From Octopus vulgaris (Eukaryota): a DNA stretch of 64,000 bases. The position numbers and the translations under genes are program-made. The notes under the pieces were generated by a model. That model was not told the DNA's origin. It ran no database searches and saw only the letters and a program-made list of their open reading frames with translations. Shown piece by piece: positions 41,344-56,631 of the stretch. The stretch covers positions 32,116,001-32,180,000 of the forward strand of contig OX597816.1 in assembly GCA_951406725.2 (NCBI GenBank), in the 5' to 3' direction. How positions within the stretch are numbered: position 1 is the first letter of the stretch; every line of letters starts with the position of its first letter.

Positions 41344-42640
41344 TAAAGAAACCACTCATCAATATGACATTTTAACAGAATGTGATGGACGTGCATAATG
41401 ACGAACAGAAAGCTATTTTTTTTTAAGCGTTACAAGATATAACATCATAGGTAGCCTATAGAAAAAGAATGGTTTAAAGAAAGAAATAAGCAGAAACTAA
41501 AAAGGAGAAATATAGAATGATATGTGAATTAAAATAAAAGCTTAAATGTTATGAAAAAATATATTTAGTGGAAGTTAAACGTAAGAAGAAAATCAAAGTT
41601 CAAATTATATATAATGGTAAACATTACTTATATGAACTAAAGGTATGTTTCTGCCAAAGTTTACATACATAAGCACTCTCTATAAACATGTTTACAGGGG
41701 GATTCTTAGAATATACAATAGGAAATAGTTCATTATTACAGAGTAGGAAGAATTATTTGCCTTTATCGTATGGGAATGAAATGGAGAGAATCAAGCAATC
41801 TAAATTAAATTGTTTATTGTGTTATTTAGATACCAAATTAATTTACTAAGCCCTATAGTGTTGCGCTTATTACTATCCCTAAATGTAAAGTAATGATTAG
41901 AAATTCTTTTAGATAACTGAGAAAAAACCACCTATATATAAAATACATCTCAACCTGAAGTAATTTTACACTGGAATGTAGAATTACTAGATATAATCTT
42001 AATTCTGTGGGAATTTACTCCAGAGAAATAACCTTGTTATTAATATTTCTAGGGGGATGTTTAATATTAGCTAAGTTAATCTTAGTATTAGTAATTGGAT
42101 ACTTATTTACCAGAATAGTATTATGTGAGGAGATAATTCGTAAGATATTATTTTGTGTTGGATAAACCAATCCTAACCGTGTGCGAGGAGATAATAGAGT
42201 AATACCTAGAATTCTTTAAAAAAACTCCTTATAATAGTTTACCGAAACCTAAAAGGAACATTAGATTTAATTTGTCTCCCGGAATAATCAACCAAATAGT
42301 TTTGCAAGTAGTTGCCTTATTTTTAGTGTAACTATCTTTCAAAGACATCGATTTCCCTTTAGAATGAAGAAAGGGTATTTAATTACTGCTATCTCCCTTA
42401 TGTTGTATAAAAAAAACCTTCCTCTATTTCGTGTTGGCGTATAAATTTAAATTAAAATCGTTTATATCGTAACAACTAGATTTCACATCACCTTAACTAA
42501 AGGTAAAACAAAAAGGAATAGAATTAATGCAGGTAACCTTTTTCTGTATATCCTGCTTTAACTAAGGCAGAGTTATAAAATTCAGCAGTGCCGTTGAAAA
42601 TGTCAACATTAGCAGATAACATAGACAATGTAAATTAAGT
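41251..42640 (-). mobile_element. Old Penelope-like element (distinct family), decayed GIY-YIG plus 3' hammerhead
   Basis: Minus-strand broken frames: RYYSIISSHTVRIG, FQCKIT, YIG, KRISNHYFTFRDSNKRNTIGLSKLIWYL, FPYDKG, LCNNE - colinear with the family 1 endonuclease; upstream boundary approximate. Confidence 0.75.
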
Positions 42641-42734
42641 AATGCCCAAGAACACGACGTATCACCTATTCCAGGAGTCGAAACCGCAATCTTTCGTTCA
42701 TGAGTCTAACACCAACTAAGTCATGCACCAACGT

Positions 42735-43980
42735 GCACCTTATTCACAGTTTCCAAACAATTTCAGCAGTTACATTCGTATATACAGACCAGCACACCCT
42801 CGAGCACAGATAAATACATATGCACACAAATGAAAAGTTATGGATGCGTGCACGTCTGTGTGTGTAGGGGGGTTGTCAATGAACAGGTTGTAGTTTAAAG
42901 CGATGAACATACTTTGACTCACATGAAATGTTAGTGTTGAACTCAAACGAACGGTATTTGTGTGTTCTTGAATGGTTCACAAACACCTTCCATGCTGCAA
43001 TTGTTTTTCTTTCAGCAGACGATCTCACTTTAAGTCACTTGCAATGCAAGTACATCTCCGTCATTTTTAAATTACTGTTGATAAATGCCAGCAATGACCT
43101 TCTCATGCTGTCCAATATTTTAATTTCCCAACAGAAGCAATTGGGGGCAGGTAAGGGGTTTGCAAATCATTCAAAATTTTTCAATTTGGAAAACCGACAA
43201 TTTATTCTATTAATGTATACGTAATATATTATTTATTGAATGATAATTTTTGAAATACCTGTATAATTTTTGAATGCAAAATAACTGTCAGAATAACTCA
43301 GAAATTTACATGATTACAATTAGAAGACAGAGGGGAAAAGATTAGCGACAAATACTCGAAACTTGTACCTTATTCACAGTTTCCAAACAGTCTATACCAC
43401 TAAGTGACACAATGGCGCGCACACATAGATACACATAAACGCAAGTGAAATGTGGTGGGGTTTTGCTGTTTACTAACAAAATTTCGTGCTGCACTACTTT
43501 TGCGAAGATTTGTCAGTGAGTAGGTCACGGTGTCAAAGCGAAAAAATATTTTGACGCATGAAATAATAATATTGAAATGAAACTGGTTCTATTTAAATGC
43601 AACGGTCTCTTAATGGTACTACTTAAATACATGTATTACGTACAAAACATTTTAAATGTACGCTGTAATGAACCCTAACCCAAAATCCAAATAATCCTAC
43701 AACTAACCCTCCCATTCCTTTTGTTACGTAGACACAGTGAGCCCTCTGTAATTAAGTAGTGCCTTGAAACTAACGGTTTCTGTGTGTTCTTGAATGACTC
43801 ACAAACATCTACACGGCAATTGCATTTGTTTCAGCACACGATCTCAGATCGCTAGTACATATCCAAATTTTGTAAAGTCATTGTGTATAAATGCTAGCAA
43901 TGACATTTTCAGGTTCTCCAACATTTTAATTTCGAAACTAAAGCAACTGGGGGCAGAGTGGCGTGTTGCGAAAAATACTT
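42735..43980 (+). repeat. Diverged tandem duplication (~42735-43180 and ~43365-43980)
   Basis: ccttattcacagtttccaaaca, tgtgttcttgaatg and ataaatgcNagcaatgac...tccaaNattttaatttc occur in both halves. Confidence 0.7.
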
Positions 43981-46900
43981 AATCTCTGAAATGTTTATTT
44001 TTTATAGTATATGAGGGAAAATATTGAAAGATGTCAATACATGCGTGAGTGATAAAGATACGTTAAAAACAGGAGCTAAACCGCCCATACATTATTCACT
44101 TTCCCTCTCAAAATATTAACAGCATTTTAAAAAAATTATATCGGAAATGTTCTTTCCATAGATTTGAAGTACTAAAAATATTCGCCAAAATTGGTTCGGA
44201 GAGGGATGATGAGGGAGGAGTGTTTAAGAAAGGTGTTTACAAAACTGTTTGCATCCACAGATGCATCAACATCCCATGATTTCGAAGGCTGTGTTTTTTA
44301 AAAACATTAATAAAACCCTGAAAAACTTTTCCCTACAAATTTCTTTATAATCGTAATCTATACCGTTCGAAATTGGTTTGTAAAAATTTTCATTAAGATA
44401 TGCCCAACTTATGAGGGAAAAAGTTCAGGTCGTGAGAATTTTGAAAAACTCCTCCCTTCACTTCCATTGGTAAAAGTCTTTCACGTAAATCCCTATATAA
44501 TCTGAAGCCACAACCATGAAAGCAATACTTACTAAGCAAGTGAGCATTATTATACAGAAAAATAATTAGACGTGAAATTAATATAATACACAGCATGCAG
44601 TAGACACCTGTAAAAGAAAATTTCAGGATGGAGTTTTGAAAGAAGTTGCATTGGAATTGGGAATCAAATGTAAAAATATCATCAAGAGGCTAGCAGAAAA
44701 GCGCCCAGGGGGCGGTCCTTCCGCATATAATTTATAAATCCGCTATTATTTTATAGTAAATTCAATACTTCTCTCGGGGGATTTTCAAGTCCATATCTTC
44801 TACATACAAACAGGCACACAAACACACGCACCTACACGCTCACACACACACTCACACGTACACACATACACCCACAAGTATATATACATGTATGTGTATA
44901 TACGTATGCATGTGTATATGCATATATATACAAATAGATGTATGTGTGTATGTGTAAATGTATGTATATATGTATGCATATATATATATATATATATGTA
45001 CATATACATATATGTATGCAAGCATGAGTGTGTAAGTATGCATGTATGCAAGTATGCATGCATAGCCGTGTAACTGAGTGCATGTATATGTGTATATATC
45101 ATTCCATCTTTTCCCCTCCAACTAGAATGTATTTGAAGAGCATTTCATATACTTTGTACATTTGGCACGAGTTTGGGACTCTGCGGTTTCGAAATGAATA
45201 CGTGAGCAGTAATGTCTTTTGGACATCAAAATTAATTTTACGCATTCTTGACCATATATTATTTCCTTAATTCATCATCCAAACGTGACACTCCTCATAA
45301 AGCCTATCATTTCTTCACTTGTAAAACTAATTTTTGTTTATGAAATGAACTGCGATTTTTATAAAATATTTCAGTCATGTCATTTTCTGGAGATCAAGGT
45401 TAATTAAGAATTTCTCTGTATATTCTATAAATAAAGATATATGCAGGTAAAAGGCAGAAGGCAAAACATTGTCTTATTAATAGAATACACAGTATGAGTA
45501 TACACATGTAAAAGAAAATTTCAGGATGGAATTTTGAAAGAAGTTGCATTTTAAATTTCGGAAAATCTAAGAATAACTAAAATTCAAAAAATAAAAAAGA
45601 AGAAATTATGCATGCTAAATATACCCATTAGACGTTAAAGTAAAAATGTGAAGAAACGTAAATGAATTTTGCATGCAAAACACAGTCATATTCTGAATTG
45701 AGTTATGTGACCCAAATATATCTAATATTACACATTTTAATAAATATATTTGTTATTACAAATGATTACTAATTAGATTCATCCCTTAGAGAATTTCTTA
45801 AGTTGTACTAGTGTATAGATGTGAAAAGATTCTATGAGAGATAAAATAATCTTTTAAAAATATATGTCAATGAGAACAGCATAAACAATAAGAGCACCAA
45901 CGTGTCATGTCAGGCTTAGAAAATAGCAAGAAAATATTTTGCCTAACGTTATCTAACGTGGGTGAATATGAGACAATTTGGACAATAATGACATTCATGA
46001 TAGCTTTAAAATCCTGGACACGAAGGAGAATACGAAGAAACACTTTTCTTTGTTCTGCAAGATAAGATATTTACTGCCAGAAACATTTATATAATATATC
46101 AAAGCAGAATAATGTATATAAGTGCAGAATAATATATGGAGCTACTGATGTACAGAACAATCATATTTTTCTAGCTACTTAATTTGAACGAGAAGAAATT
46201 TATCTAATTATGATCCAATGGAAGGCTTTATACAACAGAAATAATGCCAAAATTGTGTTTTTCCCATTGAAACCGGCAGGTTTATATATCAGATTATCAC
46301 TCAAGAAATGGCAATTAGGGACAATTATTTGAGTAACCCACAATAAGCATCATCCACAATGAGGAAACTCTAACAGGAACGATATATAAAATATATTAAC
46401 TGCCAAGGATATAATAAATATACCTATGCAAATAAATAATTTCAAAAGACATTAGTACATAAACTTCTCAAGCAAATAATAGCCAAATATAACAGAGCTT
46501 TTCATGGAATTATTGCCATAGAAAGTGCATGCCAATATAACAAATATTCGGCTTCGTTCCGGGACTCACATTCATGAAAGTCAAGAAAATTTCTATCAGA
46601 TTTAGGTTCTGATTTCTATGCTTATGTAACCTTCGTCTTAATATAGAAGTATATCATTTGAAATTAAAATGCTTCGTTTCTCACGACTGGTAAAGGATAT
46701 ATAAAATGACACAAATGACATACAGAATAACTCTGCTTTCCAGGGAATTAGTCAAACACGTAATTTACGGGAAAAGCATGACATATGATTATTAGATAAT
46801 CAGATCGAGTCTTTGTGGGAACAACGCAAAAGAATAACTAATATACGTTCTCTATGAGATATGTCTTATAGACTGGCAATGTGAGTTTAGTTATAAATCC

Positions 46901-47769
46901 TCGGTGACGAAGTATAGGGTCACTGATGAAGATTAATCAAATCTGTAATCGTTGATGATATGACTGTATCTCGCTTGCTGTAGGGTGCCTGTCTACCCTA
47001 CCATTCATATGAAACGTACTCTCACGTAACTAAGACTTGTTGTGATACTTATTTCTAGCAAAGCTGGTGTTGACTTTACTGACGACTATACTTCTGCCTA
47101 TATACAGACACTTTTACACTTTCTTTTAGCCCCATTCACACTGACATTGTTGTTATCCCTTTTCTATTTATTGTTCCCGCTTTCTCAAATTTCTTGGCTT
47201 TCCCTTCGTTCTTACATTCTCTCCTGTTTTACCTCACTCTATCGCTTTTCTTTCTTTTTCTCTCTTCCTCATCCCTCCCTAATACTTCAATCCCTCTGCC
47301 TCTTAACTCTCTCCTCTAATTCCACGTGACCGGTCTTCCGCCAAGCCTGACATTTCTGTCTTGGTTCGACTATCATCCATGTAGCATCTCTTATACTCCT
47401 TCCTATGACTTTCATCTCTTACGGTTTCACTTTCACACACGCCAGCTTAATTCAATTCCGTAATATAAATCATTAGTCGAATGACACCTGTTGTTAATGT
47501 CCTGTTGTTTTTATTTGCAATTGTGTACCATTTCTCCGATTTTTCGTCCTTGTTTTCATATACTTTCGCTCGCATTCTTCCAAGGAGTCTAATACTCTTA
47601 GCATAGAATTTTTGGAGGCCGGACAGATAGTAGCATTCTCGAGTGTTAATGGCTGAAACTACAACGGCGATCTGGTGTTCAACTGAAGATAGGAAGCTCC
47701 GAATGGCCCACTTTGATTTTTCCTGTAGTTTTTTGTATCGTCTAAATCTCCTAAAGTTTTCTTATCAAG

Positions 47770-47818
47770 CGGTGATGGGGTAACACACACAGACAAAAAG
47801 AGAACAAATATATATGTT

Positions 47819-47861
<43 letters not shown>

Positions 47862-47862
47862 A

Positions 47863-47930
<68 letters not shown>

Positions 47931-48112
47931 CATATATATATAAACGTTGGGCTTCTTTCAGTTTCCTTCTACCAAATCCAATCACAAGGCTTTAGTTGTC
48001 CCGAGGTTATACTAGAATTCACTTGGTGAATATGGGACAAAACGCAGCGGGATATAACGTAGAACTGAGTGCTTGGGGAGCAAGCTTCTCACCACACAGC
48101 CACACCTGCTCC
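47770..48112 (-). mobile_element. Degenerate SINE (family of 19146) with expanded (CA)n
   Basis: gggcttctttcagtttcc...ctaccaaatcca...tcacaaggc...ccacacagccacacctgc. Confidence 0.65.
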
Positions 48113-48146
48113 TTTATATCTATCTGTCTACCTACCTACCTACCTA

Positions 48147-48229
<83 letters not shown>

Positions 48230-48544
48230 GTTGTGTTTAGGTGTACAGTAAATATAGATAGCCAAAATCTAAGGTCTATATAGGAAGCATTTCTGATTTG
48301 AAGAGGAGATATAGAGCCCATTTAAGTACCTTTATTAAAGTTAAGTATAAAATCTCAACAAATCTCACCTCATATATACACACCGTCTAAGAGATAGCAA
48401 CACTGGTTATTCTTCCCCCTGTTCCATAATTCCGGAGACCCACCTCTTACCGTGCTACTTCGAATAAATTCAGGTTATGTATAAGGGAATCGTACATCAT
48501 CATTAGATGATATAGTGTGAATACATATAATAAAATTCCCTGAT

Positions 48545-49366
48545 GCCATTCCATTACGAAGTCATAAATTACAGGGTGAAAGGGTGTATTGTCGTTGTGA
48601 ATAATACAATTCTTCGAGCTCCAAAGTTTCAGTCACTTGCGCCAAATATACCCCCTGAGAGGCTTCAAGATGCCGCAGTAGAACGCGCGATTGACGGTCT
48701 GGCTCTGGGGAACGAATTTGCGGGGCAAAATAACGCTGATGTCGAGACAAAACAAAAAAGAATGAGTATGGTCTTGATTCATGCATTCTTCGCTTGTAAA
48801 GATGAAGGGCTCTTCTGTTGTGACGACTGCTGCTTCGTTTCAAAGTCTTACCCGTAGACCCAACTCTCTTCACTGGCGATGATCCTTGATATTAATGAGA
48901 GGTCTTAAGCGGCACTCTGACGGAGATCTTGATAGACTTCGACGCGATGCTCTTTTGCTCGGTGGTCAGCAGATACTGGACAGATTTGGCAGAAATAATC
49001 TGCATTTTGCATTCTGATGTTACAATAGCCTCCACAGACCCAAATGGCATATCAACCTCAGTAAATTCATTGATTGACCTCGGACCATCCACTTGCACAG
49101 GCTCCTGAGTTTCTCCATATTTCTAGCGTTGACGCTCGAAATAGGTCCTCCAGATCGCTCATCGTCTTCCTGTCCATGACTAAATAGCAGACTACAACAT
49201 ACAGGTAATAACAAAAAAAAATTTCACAACTTACGAAGTAAACACAACAATGTCACGCGGCCCACTGCATCATGTATGTCACTGCTAGCTCTCACTGACA
49301 AAGCAAACGTGTCCTTCCAACTGCTCGATACTGTAGGCCCTGAACGTTTTGATACCACCCCTTGTA
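48545..49366 (-). mobile_element. Mariner relic with 5' TIR
   Basis: Minus strand tacaaggggtggtatcaaaacgttcagg terminus; EDDERSGGP and MKRV motifs. Confidence 0.65.
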
Positions 49367-50593
49367 TGTATGTATGCATGTATGTGTGTATGTATAAATT
49401 TGAGCGGGTGTGTTTGCGTATGTATGTATGCGTGTGCATATATATGTATTGTGTGAGTACGTTTATGCGTGCGTATGTGCATGAGCAGAAGTGATTTGAA
49501 GTAGAATATTATCTACATTCTAAATGGTATGCTTTATAAATTAGCCATTTTTTAAAAGCTAGAAACCCTTATATGAGAAACAGTCAATGGCTGGCTTAGA
49601 TTGATTAGAAGGCATATGACAAAGTGAATCACTGAACTGTTCCGACAGGTAATGAGAGAGCTGGATTGGTTAGAGAATGACATTTAATCAGGAAGATTTT
49701 TGGAAGGGATTTTGAGTATGTGAGTGTGTGAAATTGACATCAATATCAGAAAAGATAACTGTCACGGTAACTTCTTGTCACGGTTCCTGCTTTGTGTTAT
49801 CATGTTGCTACTAAAAATCGTTTAAATTGGATGAGAGCTTTTAACAGACAACAGAAGAATAGGAAACCAATTAATCAATTGCATTTCCTGAACGACCAAA
49901 AGCTTCACAGGGCTATTATAGACAAACGTGACGCACAAGTCGCACGCATACCCTCGTTCCAAAACTCCAATTTTCAAAATCTCATCATCTTTAGCAGAAA
50001 ATGTTTTACAAGTTAAATATTTAATTCCATTGTCAATACACGTGAGAAATGAATTGAATCGGTATAAGCTTCCAGGCGCCCAAAATTTATTTGGTATTCT
50101 AATTGACAAATTTTCAATAAATTTTCAATAAATAATTATTAGTCTCAATCCCAAAGTTCTTCGAATTTTTAATTTACAGACACTCACACACACACACACA
50201 CATACACATACACAAACGCACATGCACACTCATGCACGCATACACACACACATATATATCGTATATAACAGAACTTATAATTTTCCACGTACTATAACAA
50301 GTTATATTCCAATTGTTTGTAATAATTTATACACACATATCATTGAAAATATTTCTGACCTTCGAGATTTCAACTATTGGAAACACACATATAATGTAGG
50401 TATTGTGTGAAAAATGCCGATGCCTTTGTTGTTTTGCAATTTTTATGTGCCTTGGTGGACCATCAAAGCCGTTGTCTTATGATTGAAAAATAAAGTGAAT
50501 AAGAAATAATGTGTGCATGCATGCATGTACTCACACACTCACACACATATTCGAACACACATAATCACGCATACACACACACACACACGCGTA

Positions 50594-50668
<75 letters not shown>

Positions 50669-51103
50669 ACAAAACTACATATAATTGGAAATGTTTTGCT
50701 AATTTTTATTCACTGTTACACGTGTTTCATTTACAAATAAAAATTACAAAGTTTTACATATTAGATTTTCATATAACGAATTGTCCTATTTGAAATTTTT
50801 CAGGCTGTACTTCTCCGCTTAAAAGGGATATCAGAAGGGAAATTGGGGGTCGGTGGTGTTTAGAATTTTTTCCACTGACATTTTGAAAATACATTGGCTT
50901 AGATTCCGGAGACTCTAAGACGCTATCTTTTTAGCATTATATTTACGTTCTGAGTGGAAATAACTATTTCTCGCCCATTTTGCTTCTTAATTCATCCTTC
51001 CACTTTTTATATTTACTTCTTTGTAGCCTTTTCTTGCTTTTGTCTCATATTATCATCACATTTTTAGTTGTTTATGACATAAAAAACTATATTGTGTTAT
51101 ATA

Positions 51104-52334
51104 TATTGGTTCATCCCGTAACGAATCCGTTTTTATTTCAGTTGCATGAACTAGAAGTTTGTATTTCTGCTTAGTGCAAGTTTTGAAGAGTGAAGTTCGA
51201 TTCCAACAGTTATTTTTGGAAAACTATAATAGCAGTAAGAAAGAAGCATATATTCGGTTTATTTTGCTTTATGAGTTCAATAAAGGCGACGACGCAACAG
51301 AATGTGCCAGATGTATTAGTGCGGTATATGGGCTTCGGACAATAAGCGTAAGCCAGTGTCAACGGTAGTTCCAGAAATTCCTAGCGAGAAACTACAGCCT
51401 AGAAGACGAGAATCGTCCTGGAAGATATGTAGAGTCCGATGAGGACGTCCTGCAAATCCTAGTAGAACAAAATTCTATCTTAACTGTCGAGGAACTAGCA
51501 AAAATGTTGGATTTCGCAATTTAAACATTCGTCGAGGCCTGAGTGCCATAGGACTATACAACAATGTCTTCCGCACAAACTAGCCGAGCCTAATCGCACG
51601 CAGAAAGTGAATGCGTGGTCTTCTTTGCTGTCAGGTCTCAACAATGAACATTTGTGCGGCCGAAGAGTGACGTGTGACGAGAAATTGGTTATTTATAAAA
51701 ATGTCTAGCGCTGAAGACGGTGGGTTGGGAAATGTGAAACACCGGCATCCCGGACTAAAGAAGGTCTTCAAACACGTAAAGTGTTGTTATCTGTTTAGGC
51801 CACGTAAATTACTGTTACCGTTTGGTGCGATATGTAAAGTTTAGTCAACTTTGAATTTTAAACCCAAATCAAACGATAGCAAAAGAGATTTACTGTGAGC
51901 AGCATGTGTGACTTAAATTAGCGCTTGATGATAAACGATCATCTTTGGTTTCAAGACCAAAGGTGTTCCTCCATTAGGATAAAGCTCGGCTATGTACGGC
52001 CAGGATGACATTCCAAAGGCTGGAGCAGTTTTAATGGGAAACGATTCCCCACCTAACATATTCGCTGTATATTTTCCCATTTGATTACGATTTCTTCCCC
52101 AGACTTCAAAACTACTTGGACGGAAACAATATGAAGTATGTAGACGAGGTAGAAAAGTACTTGAGGAGTACTTTTAGTTACGAACACGCGAAATTGGGAA
52201 GATGGGCCTTCTATCAGTCAGATGGAAGAGCATTGTAGAAAATATAGGGGAGTATATTTTAGATTAAAAAATACCTTTTTCTAATTTTGAATAATATATT
52301 ATATAAAACCGCCTTATTTTTAGGCTGTCACGAT
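51104..52334 (+). mobile_element. Full-length-size decayed mariner element
   Basis: IRFILLYEFNKG, TISVSQCQR*FQKF, SLEDENRPGR, VTCDEK, PFDYDFFPRLQNYLDG; degenerate inverted termini. Confidence 0.85.
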
Positions 52335-52350
52335 ATAGACTTACATATAC

Positions 52351-52440
<90 letters not shown>

Positions 52441-52722
52441 ATATAAGTCTATATCAAATGTATATATATATATATATGTATGTACGTATGTATGTATATA
52501 TAAGTCTATATCAAATGTAACAACCACTCAATAGGGGACAATAAAACAACTGGAAAGACAAACGATACAAGTTCGACACGCATATACGTGTGATCTCTCT
52601 ATCTATCTAGTTATCTATTTATCAAATCTATCTGTATGTCTGTCTGGCCGTCTGTCTGGCCGTCTGTCTATCCATCCATCCATTCATCCATCCATCCATC
52701 TATCTTTATATATATCTATGTA

Positions 52723-52952
52723 TTATTTAAAAGCAGCAGAAATTCAACAAAACCTGTTACTCGGAGTTTCACGTTCCTGTTCGACGGACAGTTTTGTTAG
52801 AACTTTAACAAAACTGTCCGACGAACGGGAACGTAAAGCTCCGAGTAACAGGTTTTCTTGAATTTCTGGTGATTTTAAATAAAGCATATTACTCTACCCC
52901 TGGTATTTGAGTACTCTTTTTTCCACCTTGTTTCACATGTATGTGTTTACTC
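52723..52952. mobile_element. Family 2 mini element as a head-to-head palindrome of two (mutated) hammerheads plus tail
   Basis: Arms 52723-52799 and 52806-52882 are reverse complements; right arm continues into the tail shared with 9978-10050. Confidence 0.82.
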
Positions 52953-53060
52953 CGGTATATATATATGTATGTATATATTTATCTATCTATCAATCAATCT
53001 ATCTATCTACCTATAAACAAGCAAATACACACACTCACACACATTTCATACGTACATATG

Positions 53061-53136
<76 letters not shown>

Positions 53137-53217
53137 TCCCGGGTTGATTCGGGGTTAACCACAGTAAATAAGGTACTCAATACATAGCAGAGTAAAATTA
53201 ATTTATTATATAGAAGG

Positions 53218-53268
53218 AGCTTCTACAGGACTAGAACTGTTTCATTCAAGAGAAATCTTCAGGAAGCT
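53218..53268 (-). ncRNA. Type I hammerhead ribozyme (PLE family 1)
   Basis: Same fold as 6249-6299; only change is in loop 3 (uucuaguc). Confidence 0.85.
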
Positions 53269-53821
53269 AGTTAACAAGAATTGTATTGGCATTTATACAT
53301 TTAGGCGGGTTTAAAGGGGTGGTGGTGGGGGACTTTTTGGGGGTAGGCATAGCGCAAAAAAATCATACTTGGGGGGAGTGGTCAAGGAGTCAGTGGTAAA
53401 TTAGATAGAAAAATAAATAAAAGAATAAAAAAAAGGGAATAAAAATATATATAGAAGAATAGAGTTTTAGGTAAATAAGGAAATTCTATCTTATACCTAT
53501 ACACATATGTATACATATATACACACACACACACAGAAATACATACACACATACATACACACACACCCATATATATATATACACACATACATATACATAC
53601 ATATATCTACATATATATATATATATATACATACACATATACATGCATATACATATACACACACACATGTATATATACACACACACGACCACACATACAC
53701 ATACACACAAAAAATATATACATACACACACATACACATACACACATACACACACAAATCCACATACACACATGCACACACAACACACAAGTCCCTATAT
53801 AATTATATATACATATACACA

Positions 53822-53859
<38 letters not shown>

Positions 53860-54307
53860 CACATATGTGTTCCTATTCATACCTACACATACACACATAT
53901 ACATACAAATACAAACCCATTCCCTAATTTGAATTTTATTATCTTCATTTATTACTTTTGTTATCTTTGACCGCTGGTCACAAGCATCTTGGCTACGACA
54001 GCTAGTCCCTTTCATCTTTCTACTTGAGCACAAGCACTCACTCACGCACGCACACTCATTAGCACGCACACTCACTCATTCGTACACTCATACACATACA
54101 CGCACGCACGCGTTATATTCATACATACATACATCTACATACATACACGTATATACACATACGTACGCGTACCTACAGATTCATGTCTACAATCTTAGAA
54201 GACTAGTCTATACGTATACACCAATAAATATATATACACACATACATATACACCTACATACAAATACATACATACATATATATACACACATATATATATA
54301 TACACAT

Positions 54308-54360
<53 letters not shown>

Positions 54361-54876
54361 CATACATACATACACCCATACATACATACATACATATATA
54401 CACACATACACACACCCACACGTATACATATACATACATATACGCGCATGCATACACATACAAATACATACACATACACATATACATATACATACATATA
54501 TATATATACACATACATACATATACATACATATACATATATACACACACACATACATACACATATACACATACACGCACATACACATATACATGCCTACC
54601 CATACACACTCACACACGCGCGCATCCATTTATACACATAAGTACACACATGCGTAAAAGTATACATATATCTATGCTTACACATACACACACACACACG
54701 CCATTCCTTATATTCATACTTACATGCATACTCAAAAAATAAGTAATAAAATATATATACGTGCAGTTATTCATACATGCATACTCAAAAAATAAATAAT
54801 AAATAATAAAAAATAAATATTAAGTATATATACGTGCAGTTACCTATTATACAGACGGATACATACATATAAACTT

Positions 54877-54921
<45 letters not shown>

Positions 54922-55172
54922 CACATATACATATATATATACATATACACCTACATACATACACACATACATATACATATACACACATACACACACATAT
55001 ACATATATACACACACACAATACATATACATACACACATACATACACATATATATACACATACATATATATACATATATATATATATATATACATACACA
55101 TACATGTGTGCAAACATACATACATACTCATACACACTCACACACTTACATATACATATATACACACACACT

Positions 55173-55230
<58 letters not shown>

Positions 55231-55233
<3 letters not shown>

Positions 55234-55400
55234 GGTCCCGGGTTGATTCATTAACACACAGTAAAATTAATTTATTATATAGAAGGAGCTTCTACACATA
55301 CTAGTACTGTTTCATTCAAGAGAAATCTTCAGGAGCTTCCTGATAGATTTCTTGAATGAAACAGTACTAGTCCTGTAGAAGCTCCTTCTATATAATAAAT
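55231..55400. mobile_element. Family 1 mini insert: 3' tail plus head-to-head hammerhead pair, nested in the element's own TA tract
   Basis: Minus-strand hammerhead 55287-55337 and plus-strand hammerhead 55334-55383 overlap at agct; both carry small indels. Confidence 0.78.
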
Positions 55401-55529
55401 ATATATATATACACACTATATATATACATATATACACACACTACACACACATATATATATATATGTATACATATATATACACACACATATATACACACAT
55501 ACACATATGTACACATACACACACATATT

Positions 55530-55587
<58 letters not shown>

Positions 55588-55638
55588 TATATATATATAC
55601 ACACACACACATATATATATATATATACACATACACAC

Positions 55639-55686
<48 letters not shown>

Positions 55687-55766
55687 GTACATACATACAC
55701 ATACACATACATATACATATACATATACATATACACATGCACATACGTATAACTCTACCTACCCAC

Positions 55767-55797
<31 letters not shown>

Positions 55798-55957
55798 TAT
55801 ATATATACATACACATATGTATATATACACACATATATATATACCCATCTACAATCTGTATATACACACACATACATGCACATACACATAACTCTACATA
55901 CCTACATATACATCGACATACTCGCGTACACTCATATATATATATATATATACACAT

Positions 55958-56014
<57 letters not shown>

Positions 56015-56061
56015 CACACGCACATACATATACATATATATATACATACACACACACACAT

Positions 56062-56115
<54 letters not shown>

Positions 56116-56410
56116 CAATTGAGGGTAAAGTTAATTAGTTATTAATCAATTTCACCAAGTATTCAGAATGTAAAAGGACCATTATTTTTTTGAGTAAACA
56201 TTGTCTGAGAGAAAATTTTCTTTAAGTAGTGGAAAAGGCTAAAAAACTTATTTGGCTGCTATTTCTAGAAAGTTCAGTATGTGGCAAAGTAATTTATTTT
56301 ACTAAGCCCTAATTATATAATATTTTATATATACATACACATACATACACACATACATATACACATACATATGCATACACACACATATACATACATACAT
56401 ATACACACAC

Positions 56411-56442
<32 letters not shown>

Positions 56443-56631
56443 TTACATACATACACACACACACACACATAATACATGCGTATATTCCTACTATACCCAT
56501 ACATTTCTATACATATATACGATACACATATACAAGCGTGCACATACAATATGTGAAAGGTCTTAGGAGAAAAGGTAGTCGGGGGTGCTAGGGGAACGGT
56601 GGGATTGGGGGGGTTTGTGGGTGGGGTGTCA

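Noticed and set aside
46921-46970. ctgatga plus hairpin agatt/aatct resembling a hammerhead
   Set aside because: No GAAA box (gtaatc) and no convincing helix I or III
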